Source: Actinomycetota bacterium (GTDB lineage Bacteria > Actinomycetota > Actinomycetes > S36-B12). From it: a stretch of DNA of 26,786 nt. The notes beneath the pieces are model-generated. The model ran no database searches and was not told the origin of the DNA. It saw only the letters and a program-made list of their open reading frames with translations. The position numbers and the translations under genes were made by a program. Location: contig JAQCBM010000001.1 of assembly GCA_027729865.1 (NCBI GenBank), positions 1 through 26,786 on the forward strand, in the 5' to 3' direction. Position 1 is the stretch's first letter. Each line of letters opens with the position of its first letter. Positions 7,616 to 15,838 of this stretch are shown here, one piece after another.

Positions 7616-9049
7616 ATGGCAGCAGAAAAACTCGTCGCGGGGGTAGATACCTCGACCCAGTCGGTGAAGGTGGTCGTGCGCGATGCGCAGACCGGGGCGT
7701 GGGTGCGCGAAGGTCGGGCGGCGCACCCCGATGGCACCGAGGTGGACCCCGGTGTCTGGTGGCAGGCGTTCGTGCAGGCGTGCTCGGGCGGATTGCTCGA
7801 AGGAGTGTCCGCGATCTCGGTTGCCGGCCAACAGCACGGCATGGTCGCTCTGGATGAAACCGGCGCTGTTGTGCGACCTGCGTTGTTGTGGAACGACACC
7901 CGCTCGGCTGCCGACGCAACTGAACTCACGGCCGAACTCGGTGGACCCGCAGCGTGGGCCGAAGCAGTGGGCAGCGTTCCCCTCGCCGCATTCACCGTCA
8001 GCAAGGTGCGGTGGATGGCGCGCAATGAACCGGACAACGCAGCGCGCACGTCAACGATCATGCTTCCGCACGACTACCTGACCTGGATGCTCGCCGATCG
8101 CCCGAATGACGCTGTTACCGATCGCGGCGATGCCAGTGGAACCGGCTATTGGTCGCCGGCAACCGGTGAGTACCGCCGCGACATTCTGATCGCGGCTCTT
8201 GGTCACGATGTTTCTTTGCCGCGCGTTGCGGGACCTTTCGAAGTGGTGGGCGAACTTGGTGGTCAAGCCCGCGCGCTACTGGGAATCAGCGGTAGCCATC
8301 CGATCCTCTTGGGACCGGGAACCGGCGACAACATGGGTGCGGCCTTGTCCTTGGGAATCGGTCCCGGTGACGTAGTGGTGTCTTTGGGAACCTCCGGAAC
8401 AGCCTTCGCAGGATCGGATGCGCCCACTGCGGATCCGACCGGACTTGTCGCAGGATTCGCCGATGCGAGTGGACGTTTCCTGCCGCTGGTGTGCACGTTG
8501 AATGCCGCCCGAGTGCTCACGAGCACCGCGGAATTGCTGGGCGTGGATATGAACGAGTTCGCACGACTCGCTCTGAGCGCCGCACCTGGTGCCAGTGGGT
8601 TGACGATGCTGCCGTACTTCGACGGTGAGCGGACACCGAACCTTCCTGATGCGCGCGGCTCGCTGCACGGCATCAGCCGCGACAATCTGACACCTCCCAA
8701 CATCGCGCGAGCGGCAGTCGAAGGCATGCTCGGTGGCCTCGCCGACGCGGTTGATGCGCTGGTGGATGTGGGTGTGGAACCCCGGCGCGTTCTGCTAGTC
8801 GGTGGTGCTGCTGCGAATCCTGCTGTGGTCGAGGTTGCAGCGACGTTGGTCGATGCCCCGGTGGAAGTTCCGCCGGCCGGCGAATACGTGGCCGACGGGG
8901 CTGCCCGCCAAGCCGCATGGGTTCTGTTGGGGGACGGTATGCCGGCGTGGCCGGCTGTGCGTGAAGGTGAGACAGATCGGCGCGACGCGAACCCGGTGTC
9001 GCAGGTTCGGCTCCAGTACCGAGATGCCCGGGAGGCTTTGTACTCGTGA
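7616..9049 (+). CDS. xylB: FGGY-family carbohydrate kinase, xylulokinase-like
   Basis: [52 protein letters not shown]. Start trimmed to ATG 7616 ([11 protein letters not shown]). Confidence 0.85.
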   Translation: MAAEKLVAGVDTSTQSVKVVVRDAQTGAWVREGRAAHPDGTEVDPGVWWQAFVQACSGGLLEGVSAISVAGQQHGMVALDETGAVVRPALLWNDTRSAADATELTAELGGPAAWAEAVGSVPLAAFTVSKVRWMARNEPDNAARTSTIMLPHDYLTWMLADRPNDAVTDRGDASGTGYWSPATGEYRRDILIAALGHDVSLPRVAGPFEVVGELGGQARALLGISGSHPILLGPGTGDNMGAALSLGIGPGDVVVSLGTSGTAFAGSDAPTADPTGLVAGFADASGRFLPLVCTLNAARVLTSTAELLGVDMNEFARLALSAAPGASGLTMLPYFDGERTPNLPDARGSLHGISRDNLTPPNIARAAVEGMLGGLADAVDALVDVGVEPRRVLLVGGAAANPAVVEVAATLVDAPVEVPPAGEYVADGAARQAAWVLLGDGMPAWPAVREGETDRRDANPVSQVRLQYRDAREALYS

Positions 9050-10245
9050 TCGAAGGGGGAGGACTCTCGCGGGTACTGCGCGCACTGCACGCCGCGGGAG
9101 CCCTGACCCGCTCCGATCTCGGTTCCTTGACCGGTTTGAATCGCAGCACTGTTGCCACGATCGTCAATGAACTCGTCGCCGCAGGCGTAGTCGAAGAAGG
9201 CGCCGGTGCTTCCGGTGGGGTGGGTCGGCCGTCACTAGTGGTGCGGGCGGTCCCCGATTCGGTTGCCGTCATCGGATGGGACATCCGTGCGGATTCCAGT
9301 ACCGCAGTAGTGGAAGGAATCGGGGGACAGATCCTGCATCGATGGTCGAAGGCGCATCGTCGCGGCTCCACCGATCCGTATGAGGTTGCCGCGCGCGTGG
9401 TCGCGGGGAGTTCGCAGATTGCTGAGGAACTGCCCGACCACGTGCTGTGGGTTGGCGTGGGGTGCGCGCTGCCCGGGATCATCGACCCCGGAGGTGACCC
9501 GCCGCGCAGCACCATCCACCGCGCGCCAACACTTGGCTGGGTGGATACGCCCTTCGGCGTGATCTTGTCCGAAGCGATGAGCGAGCAGTTCGGTTCCCAG
9601 GTTCCGGTTGTGCTCGGCAACGACGCGAACCTCGGTGCGATGGCCGAGTGGACACGCGGCGCCGGAAAGCGAAGCCGCGTGATGGTGTTCGTCTCGGGCG
9701 ATGTAGGTATCGGTGGTGGCGTGATCGTCGACGGTGAACCGTTGACGGGCGCATCCGGATTTGCCGGCGAGATCGGTCACATTCGCTTCGATCCCAATGG
9801 TGCTCCGTGTCGATGCGGTTCGCGCGGATGCTGGGAGACGGTGATTGGTCTGACCACCATCGTGTCCGCCGCTGGACTGGATCCTCTCAAGGCAGGAATC
9901 GACGACGTCCTATCGGCTGCGCAGGCAGGTGATGCGACGTGTCAATCGGCGCTCGCTGCCGCTGCCCGCGCGGTGGGCCAAGGTTTGGCACCGGTGGTGA
10001 ACATGGTGAACCCCGACACCATCGTGTTAGCCGGGCATCTCGAGGTTCTCTTGGAGCACTACCGACACACGATCATCGAGGAATTGCGCTTCACCCTGTC
10101 TCGTGAAAGCACGGATATCCGCGTCGTAGGACCAGCTCTTGGGTCCGACAGCATCGTGGTAGGTGCCGCCGAACTCGCCTTTGAGCGAGCACTCGATCGA
10201 CCGCAAAGGTGGCTGACTGCGCCGGAATCACTCCGAAGCGAATAA
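9046..10245 (+). CDS. ROK-family transcriptional repressor (XylR-like)
   Basis: N-terminal HTH ([17 protein letters not shown]), [20 protein letters not shown]...[10 protein letters not shown] Zn motif; GTGA overlap with the xylB stop. Confidence 0.9.
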   Translation: MIEGGGLSRVLRALHAAGALTRSDLGSLTGLNRSTVATIVNELVAAGVVEEGAGASGGVGRPSLVVRAVPDSVAVIGWDIRADSSTAVVEGIGGQILHRWSKAHRRGSTDPYEVAARVVAGSSQIAEELPDHVLWVGVGCALPGIIDPGGDPPRSTIHRAPTLGWVDTPFGVILSEAMSEQFGSQVPVVLGNDANLGAMAEWTRGAGKRSRVMVFVSGDVGIGGGVIVDGEPLTGASGFAGEIGHIRFDPNGAPCRCGSRGCWETVIGLTTIVSAAGLDPLKAGIDDVLSAAQAGDATCQSALAAAARAVGQGLAPVVNMVNPDTIVLAGHLEVLLEHYRHTIIEELRFTLSRESTDIRVVGPALGSDSIVVGAAELAFERALDRPQRWLTAPESLRSE

Positions 10246-10338
10246 CTGACTACCCGATTTCGTTCCGCATGGGGAAATGTGACCAGGTAATTGCACCGAT
10301 CTGCGGACAGGAGTCCCGCCGATAGGCACACTTTCCGA

Positions 10339-10428
10339 CAGTCGCCACCCCCCTGGCGACTGGAGTGCGCCTCGCGCGCTTCGGGAACCCGCGCGACAAC
10401 CCCCCAGCCGCGCGGGTTCCGCCTTTTT
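10339..10428 (+). ncRNA. 6C RNA (actinobacterial small RNA with two C-rich-loop hairpins)
   Basis: Hairpin 1: CAGTCGCCA-CCCCCC-TGGCGACTG (9 bp, loop of 6 C). Hairpin 2: GGAACCCGCGCG-ACAACCCCCCAGC-CGCGCGGGTTCC (12 bp, loop with 6 C), followed by GCCTTTTT. This is the defining 6C architecture. Candidate -10 CACACT at 10327-10332. Ends approximate. Confidence 0.85.
10384..10428 (+). terminator. Intrinsic terminator formed by the second 6C hairpin plus U-tract
   Basis: 12-bp perfect GC-rich stem (10384-10395/10409-10420) followed by TTTTT at 10424-10428. Confidence 0.6.
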
Positions 10429-10485
10429 CCTGGTCTCGCTAGGCGCGAGACTCGTGTTCCCTGGTCTCGCTAGGCGCGAGACTCG
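10429..10485. repeat. Tandem duplication of a 26-bp hairpin-forming unit (31-bp period)
   Basis: CCTGGTCTCGCTAGGCGCGAGACTCG at 10429-10454 and 10460-10485. Each copy contains the stem GTCTCGC-N5-GCGAGAC. The second copy contains the stop codon of the 515-aa gene. Confidence 0.9.
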
Positions 10486-12017
10486 AACATCCCCAGCAGG
10501 GCTGCCACCCCCAGCACCGAGCGCGGTGCGTAAGCCGCACGCCACAGTCCGCCGTGGTTCGCGCCTCTGGCGAACAGATCCATGGGATTGGTGAGTGGGG
10601 TGGCCGGGTTGGCTGACGACGCCGGGTTGCGCAGATCGTGCACGAGCATGGCCGCCATCAAAGTGGTTGAGGTCGATGGGTCAAAAACCTCCACACCGAA
10701 CTTGTCGGCACCTGCGTACGCAGCGGCGAGCGCTCGGTTGCGGACAACGGAGCGCGTGCGCGTTGCTGGAGCGAGGTTCAGCGAGACGGGAATGCCGTCC
10801 GCACGAGCGGCGAGCGCCCGCCACCGTTGGATGCGCTTGGCCAAGATGTAGTTCGGTCCTTGCTGGGGAATGATCGAATCATTCAAGCCGATGCGTTGAC
10901 CGCTGAGCGTTGTGTATGTGGTCGGGTAATTGGGTTCGAACTGGTTCGCAATTCGCAGCGGGGCCTGCAGCAGACCACCGATACCTCTATTACCCCAGCG
11001 CCGCTTGCTCTCCTCGACGCATTCGATGGGAACGACGAACACGTCGGTGGGAGTGGCCAGGAACGCCAGCGTTAGGTCGGAGCGCTCAGCTGCAAGGGAA
11101 GTTGTGATCGCATCGCTGGCCACGGACAAAAGCGCATGCGTTGCTCCGTCGGCATACGCATAAGTGCCGAGAACAAAGGGTTGGTCGATCTCGGATAGCC
11201 AGGTGCGGACCTCGGGTGCTTGTGTCAGAAGGTCGGCACCGGCTGATGCGCAGATCGTGGCGTCGTCGTCGGGATGAACATCCCCGCCCACCACGAAAGG
11301 TGGATTTCCCTCGGCATCCAGGGAGATTGGAATGCGCAATGTTCCAGCAGTGCTGCGGGTGATGGAAGTCAGGTGCTCCCAGATCGCCGGGCGCGGGAGA
11401 TCAACCGCGTGCACACGAGCACCCCAGCGAAGAAGTGATCGGGTGGGTGCCATCTCCGCGCCGGCTCCGAGCAAGGCGATGTCGATATCGCGTAGGTCGA
11501 GCCAATCGGGGTTGTCCATGACGAGGTGGATCGCTGCACCGAAGGACGGTTCGGCTATTCCACGTTGGACCCACGAGTCGACCTGACGTCGCAGTTCGTC
11601 GCCGAATAAGCGGCGTCCTTTGTAGGGGACAGAAAGGTCTTCATCCCGGGTGGATCGTCCTCTGACGGTTACCGAAGCCAGCCCGGGTGCAGTGAATTCC
11701 GTGAAGGCTTCGCGTAGCGATACCTCGTTCCCGTTTCGACGGAAGGTGAAACGCTGGTCGGTCGATGCCAGTCCGTGCCGGGAAATCGACAGCGCGTTCT
11801 CCGTCGATTGCGCAGCAGCTAGGACTATGTCGCGTAATGGGGCGATGTATCCCTTGCGCCAATCGCGAGTGTGCTCGATTCGAGGAGTAATGGCTGGATC
11901 CACTGCGCGGATCGAATCGGCGAAGATTGCTCGCCCGGTTGCCGAAGTGCTGCGCCGATCATCCCCGCCTAGCGGGAAACACACACCGTCCACGTTCACG
12001 GAGCGGGGATCGGGCAT
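10470..12017 (-). CDS. Hypothetical protein with Rossmann/SDR-like motifs
   Basis: 515-aa ORF; leaderless signature TATTCT-N6-ATG; IDIALLGAGAE glycine-rich motif, VHAVD, and YxxxK (NYILAK). Function unknown. Confidence 0.75.
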   Translation of the reverse strand: MPDPRSVNVDGVCFPLGGDDRRSTSATGRAIFADSIRAVDPAITPRIEHTRDWRKGYIAPLRDIVLAAAQSTENALSISRHGLASTDQRFTFRRNGNEVSLREAFTEFTAPGLASVTVRGRSTRDEDLSVPYKGRRLFGDELRRQVDSWVQRGIAEPSFGAAIHLVMDNPDWLDLRDIDIALLGAGAEMAPTRSLLRWGARVHAVDLPRPAIWEHLTSITRSTAGTLRIPISLDAEGNPPFVVGGDVHPDDDATICASAGADLLTQAPEVRTWLSEIDQPFVLGTYAYADGATHALLSVASDAITTSLAAERSDLTLAFLATPTDVFVVPIECVEESKRRWGNRGIGGLLQAPLRIANQFEPNYPTTYTTLSGQRIGLNDSIIPQQGPNYILAKRIQRWRALAARADGIPVSLNLAPATRTRSVVRNRALAAAYAGADKFGVEVFDPSTSTTLMAAMLVHDLRNPASSANPATPLTNPMDLFARGANHGGLWRAAYAPRSVLGVAALLGMFESRA

Positions 12018-12029
12018 TCGCGCAGAATA
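12018..12029 (-). promoter_or_regulatory. -10 element (TATTCT) 6 nt before ATG: leaderless promoter
   Basis: TANNNT-N6-ATG with no SD. Confidence 0.55.
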
Positions 12030-12043
12030 CTGATAGCCGGTAT

Positions 12044-13060
12044 TCAGTCGCGGCTATCGACGCCGAGAACCGTGTCTCGTTCCTTGGGTTTGCGTGGTGC
12101 TCGGGACCTCTCGGCAAGAATTACACCGATCAAGATGAATGCACCACCGATCAATTGCACGAGCGAGAGGGCTTCGGACAGCACGATCCACGCGACGATG
12201 ATCGCGAGCAACGGTTCGGTTAACCCCACCACCGAGGCTTGTGAAGCTCGTAGGTGACGCATCGATGCGACCACAAGCCAGAACGGGACCACGGTTCCCA
12301 TCACGATCATCCACACGCTCAGCAGCCACAGCGGGCGGTCACCGATGATCCCGCCGAGCGACGGATCGCTCGCGCCGCTGAAGTCCGACCACGGGAATGA
12401 CCACCAGGGTTGGGCGATCACCCAGAAGAGTGCCGCGAAGCCGAAACCCCACATGGTGAGCGACACTGGATCCCGCGGCTCAGCCATGCGTACCTGCCGG
12501 TCGGTGATGATGTAGTACGTACTCAAGGCCAGAGCGGCTCCGAACGCAGCTACCAAGCCGATCGCATCGAAGCTGAAACCTCTCCACACTTCGGCAACGA
12601 GCGCGAGCCCGATCAGTGCGATGGTGAGGGCCAACCACACAGTTGCTCGGGTGGGTTCCTTCAGGACGAAGCGGAACCACAGCGTGACGAAGACCGGTGC
12701 AGTGAACTCGATCAGGAGCGCAACACCAACGGGCAGGTACTGCAGCGCGACGAAGTACAGGTACTGGGTCATGGATACCCCGAGCACGCCATATGCAACG
12801 AGGTAAGGCCATTCACCCCGTTTGATTTTCAAGCGCTCAGGGCGCTTGATGGCGACGAACGCAAGAAGGATAAGGAACGCACCCGTGACGCGTAGTTGTG
12901 ACAGGCGCGCAGGGTCGAGACCACTGAGCAATATGGCTTTGGAGACCGTGCCGTTGATGGCGAAGGTCAGCGCACCGAGCAAATAGAGCACATAACCGAG
13001 GAAGAGCAATCGGTGAGGTGCGGGTTTGACTCCCGGTAAGGGTTCTGCGACGTCGCTCAT
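12044..13060 (-). CDS. EamA/DMT-family membrane transporter
   Basis: About 10 hydrophobic segments in two repeats; YFVALQYLPVGVALLIEFTAP and LTEPLLAIIVAWIVLSEALS..QLIGG. Start trimmed to ATG 13060, which gives an ATGA overlap with the glgA stop. Confidence 0.9.
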   Translation of the reverse strand: MSDVAEPLPGVKPAPHRLLFLGYVLYLLGALTFAINGTVSKAILLSGLDPARLSQLRVTGAFLILLAFVAIKRPERLKIKRGEWPYLVAYGVLGVSMTQYLYFVALQYLPVGVALLIEFTAPVFVTLWFRFVLKEPTRATVWLALTIALIGLALVAEVWRGFSFDAIGLVAAFGAALALSTYYIITDRQVRMAEPRDPVSLTMWGFGFAALFWVIAQPWWSFPWSDFSGASDPSLGGIIGDRPLWLLSVWMIVMGTVVPFWLVVASMRHLRASQASVVGLTEPLLAIIVAWIVLSEALSLVQLIGGAFILIGVILAERSRAPRKPKERDTVLGVDSRD

Positions 13061-14241
13061 GTGTGTGCGTTGCGCCGTTCGCTCAGGGCCCAGCGATACA
13101 CATCCATGGTCTGTTCGGCGATTGCGCCCCAACTGAAGTGCTCGATCGCGCGCGTTCGCCCGTTCTTGCCATAAGCGGCGGCCTTTGCTTCGTCACTCAT
13201 GAGTTCGTTTACCGCTGCAGCGAATGCCTGCTCGAACGCTTGCTCGTTACTCGGGTCGTAAGGAACCAGGGTGCCGGTCACGCCGTCTTCGACGACCTCG
13301 GGAATGCCGCCCACCGCGCTGGCTACTACGGCCGTCTCGCAGGCCATGGCCTCGAGGTTCACGATGCCCAGAGGTTCGTAGATGGATGGACACGTGAACA
13401 CCCGCGCGTGCGTGAGTAGTTCGATCAGGCTGTCCTTATCCACCTGCTGCTCGATCCAGATCACCGAATCGGGGCGGCGCTCGGCGCGAAGGATCTCAAT
13501 CGCTTGGGCCGTCTCCGCAGCGATCTCAGGAGTGTCGGGCGAGGATGCGCACAACACAAGGTTCACGTTCGCGTCGAAGTTTCGCGCCGAGCGCAGCAAA
13601 TGGATGAGCCCCTTCTGGCGGGTGATGCGGCCGACGAACAATGCGTAGGGACGTGACTGATCGATACCGAAACGCTCAAGCACGGCGGTGTTTGCGTGCG
13701 GGCGGTAGATGTCGGTGTCGATGCCGTTATGGACTACGTGGACCTTGGCTGGATCCACATCGGGATACGCACCGAGAATGTCTGCCTTCATCCCATTACT
13801 GACCGCGATGATCGCATCGCTGGATTGGCAACTGGTGCGCTCGACCCACGATGAAATCTCGTAGCCACCTGCGAGTTGCTCGCGCTTCCACGGCCGAAGC
13901 GGTTCGAGTGAGTGCGCGGTGAGCACATGCGGAATATCCAGCAGCAAGGAAGCGAGGTGTCCGGCCAGGTTTGCGTACCAGGTGTGCGAGTGCACCACGT
14001 CGGTTGCTGCATCGATCGAGGCGACCATGCCGAGGTCCACGCCCAGGGTCTGCAGCGCCGGATTCGCATCGCGCAGGTAGTCGGGTACTGGGTGAGCAAG
14101 CGCATCTGGCCTCGGTTGACCGAAGCATTGAACGGTCACTTCAGCGAGTTCACGAAGATGCGCCACAAGTTGGTCGACGTGTACTCCGGCGCCACCGTAG
14201 ATGTCCGGTGGCCATTCCCTGGTCAGCATGGCTATGCGCAC
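13057..14241 (-). CDS. glgA: GT4 glycosyltransferase GlgA (actinobacterial GlgM, alpha-maltose-1-phosphate synthase type)
   Basis: [70 protein letters not shown] 14241 lies 8 nt after a TAGGCT -10. Divergent from glgC as in other actinobacteria. Confidence 0.92.
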   Translation of the reverse strand: MRIAMLTREWPPDIYGGAGVHVDQLVAHLRELAEVTVQCFGQPRPDALAHPVPDYLRDANPALQTLGVDLGMVASIDAATDVVHSHTWYANLAGHLASLLLDIPHVLTAHSLEPLRPWKREQLAGGYEISSWVERTSCQSSDAIIAVSNGMKADILGAYPDVDPAKVHVVHNGIDTDIYRPHANTAVLERFGIDQSRPYALFVGRITRQKGLIHLLRSARNFDANVNLVLCASSPDTPEIAAETAQAIEILRAERRPDSVIWIEQQVDKDSLIELLTHARVFTCPSIYEPLGIVNLEAMACETAVVASAVGGIPEVVEDGVTGTLVPYDPSNEQAFEQAFAAAVNELMSDEAKAAAYGKNGRTRAIEHFSWGAIAEQTMDVYRWALSERRNAHT

Positions 14242-14290
14242 AATCACGAAGCCTAGGTGCGGGACAGTCCAACCCCGATACCCTGGGAAG
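14242..14290. promoter_or_regulatory. Back-to-back leaderless promoters for glgA and glgC
   Basis: Minus strand TAGGCT (14255-14250) before the glgA GTG; plus strand TACCCT (14279-14284)-N6-GTG for glgC; no SD on either side. Confidence 0.55.
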
Positions 14291-15511
14291 GTGGGCGCCG
14301 AGCCGCACGTTCTCGCGATGGTCCTCGCCGGTGGCGAGGGCAAGAGGTTGATGCCCTTGACCGCCGATCGAGCCAAGCCGGCCGTTCCCTTCGGTGGTTC
14401 CTACCGCCTGATCGATTTCGTGCTGTCGAACTTGATCAACTCCGGTCTGCGGCGCGTGTGTGTGCTCACCCAGTACAAATCCCACTCACTTGATAGGCAC
14501 GTGACCCAGACCTGGCGGATGTCCACGCTATTGGGGGACTACGTCACACCGGTACCGGCGCAACAGCGCCTCGGACCCCGGTGGTTCACCGGTAGCGCCG
14601 ACGCGATCTTCCAGAGCCTGAACCTCGTGTACGACGAGAACCCCGAGTACGTAGCCGTCTTCGGAGCCGATCACGTGTATCGCATGGATGCGATGCAGAT
14701 GGTCGAGGCGCATATCGATAGTGGTGCCGGGGTGACCGTCGCGGGTATTCGAACCCCGCGGAATCAGGCGCACAGCTTCGGTGTGATCGAAGTGGCCCCG
14801 GATGGCCGCACCATTTCGAAGTTCCTGGAGAAGCCGGCCGATCCACCGGGTATCCCCGGGAGTGAAGACGAATCGTTCGTCTCGATGGGCAATTACGTCT
14901 TCTCCACCGACGTACTGCTGGAAGCACTGCGCGCTGACGCAGCCGATCCGGCGTCCGTGCATGACATGGGCGGCAACATCATTCCGGCGCTGACCGCGCA
15001 GGGTTTGGCGCAGGTGTACGACTTCGCAGAGAACATCGTTCCGGGAGCAACCGCACGCGATTCCGGCTACTGGCGCGATGTGGGAACGCTCGACAGTTAC
15101 CACGATGCACATATGGATCTGGTGTCCGTGCATCCGATATTCAACCTTTACAATCGCCGCTGGCCAATTCTCACGAACCTACCGCCGTTACCTCCGGCCA
15201 AATTCGTGGAAGGTGGCAATGCGCACGATTCCATGGTGGGTGCCGGCAGCATCGTGTCCGGTGCACATGTGCGAACGAGTGTGGTGGCATCGAATGTGGT
15301 GATCGGCGCTGGTGCCTACGTGGAAGGCAGCGTCATCATGCCCGGCGTGCGGATCGGGCGAAACGCTGTGGTCCGCCGCGCGATCTTGGACAAAGGCGTG
15401 GTGGTGCCGGACAACGTGCAAATCGGGGTTGACCTCGAACGCGACCGAGGCCTATACACCGTGAGCGACGGAGGTGTGGTGGTGCTTGGCAAGGGTGTAG
15501 TGGCCGACTAG
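14291..15511 (+). CDS. glgC: Glucose-1-phosphate adenylyltransferase (ADP-glucose pyrophosphorylase)
   Basis: [64 protein letters not shown]-terminal beta-helix; start trimmed to GTG 14291. Confidence 0.96.
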   Translation: MGAEPHVLAMVLAGGEGKRLMPLTADRAKPAVPFGGSYRLIDFVLSNLINSGLRRVCVLTQYKSHSLDRHVTQTWRMSTLLGDYVTPVPAQQRLGPRWFTGSADAIFQSLNLVYDENPEYVAVFGADHVYRMDAMQMVEAHIDSGAGVTVAGIRTPRNQAHSFGVIEVAPDGRTISKFLEKPADPPGIPGSEDESFVSMGNYVFSTDVLLEALRADAADPASVHDMGGNIIPALTAQGLAQVYDFAENIVPGATARDSGYWRDVGTLDSYHDAHMDLVSVHPIFNLYNRRWPILTNLPPLPPAKFVEGGNAHDSMVGAGSIVSGAHVRTSVVASNVVIGAGAYVEGSVIMPGVRIGRNAVVRRAILDKGVVVPDNVQIGVDLERDRGLYTVSDGGVVVLGKGVVAD

Positions 15512-15526
15512 GCGGAAATTCCGCTG

Positions 15527-15694
15527 TTAGAGGATCTCTTCGGAGAAAGCTCCGTTGTACAAGATCGCGTGATCTCGACCTTCCTCTGCAGCTAAAGACT
15601 CAGAGAGACGAGCTGCAGATAGCCACCCGCATGAACACACCGCCTGGACGAAGTGCTGCTGCACGCGTCGTAGGCACACCTCGTGTTGCATCAT
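15527..15694 (-). CDS. Small hypothetical protein (55 aa) with putative His/Cys metal-binding motif
   Basis: SD AGGAGA before ATGATG at 15694; MMQHEV...AVCSCGWLS...GRDH gives H-x15-C-x-C-GW-x17-H; fills the gap between glgC and the protease. Confidence 0.6.
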   Translation of the reverse strand: MMQHEVCLRRVQQHFVQAVCSCGWLSAARLSESLAAEEGRDHAILYNGAFSEEIL

Positions 15695-15838
15695 GGTCTC
15701 CTGCGGTGGTGCCGACTGTCGTTCCTCGTTCACAGGTTCTTGACTCCTCGGGCATCGCCTCGGTGCGAGCCCCATGGCACGCGTTGTGGAGCGTAAGGCG
15801 GCTTGGAACCCTCAAGGCAAAGGACGGATGAACGCCAG

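Noticed and set aside
5943-7919. Long alternative-frame ORFs (5943-6659 +, 6998-7429 +, 7014-7919 -)
   Set aside because: Shadow frames of real high-GC genes with low-complexity Arg/Pro/Ala-rich translations and no motifs; the same applies to most other overlapping ORFs in the track.
10429-10485. CRISPR mini-array
   Set aside because: Only two palindromic repeats separated by 5 bp (far too short for a spacer), and no cas genes.
15512-15524. Terminator between glgC and the small ORF (GCGGAA-A-TTCCGC)
   Set aside because: A 6-bp arm with a 1-nt loop and no U-tract; too weak to call.
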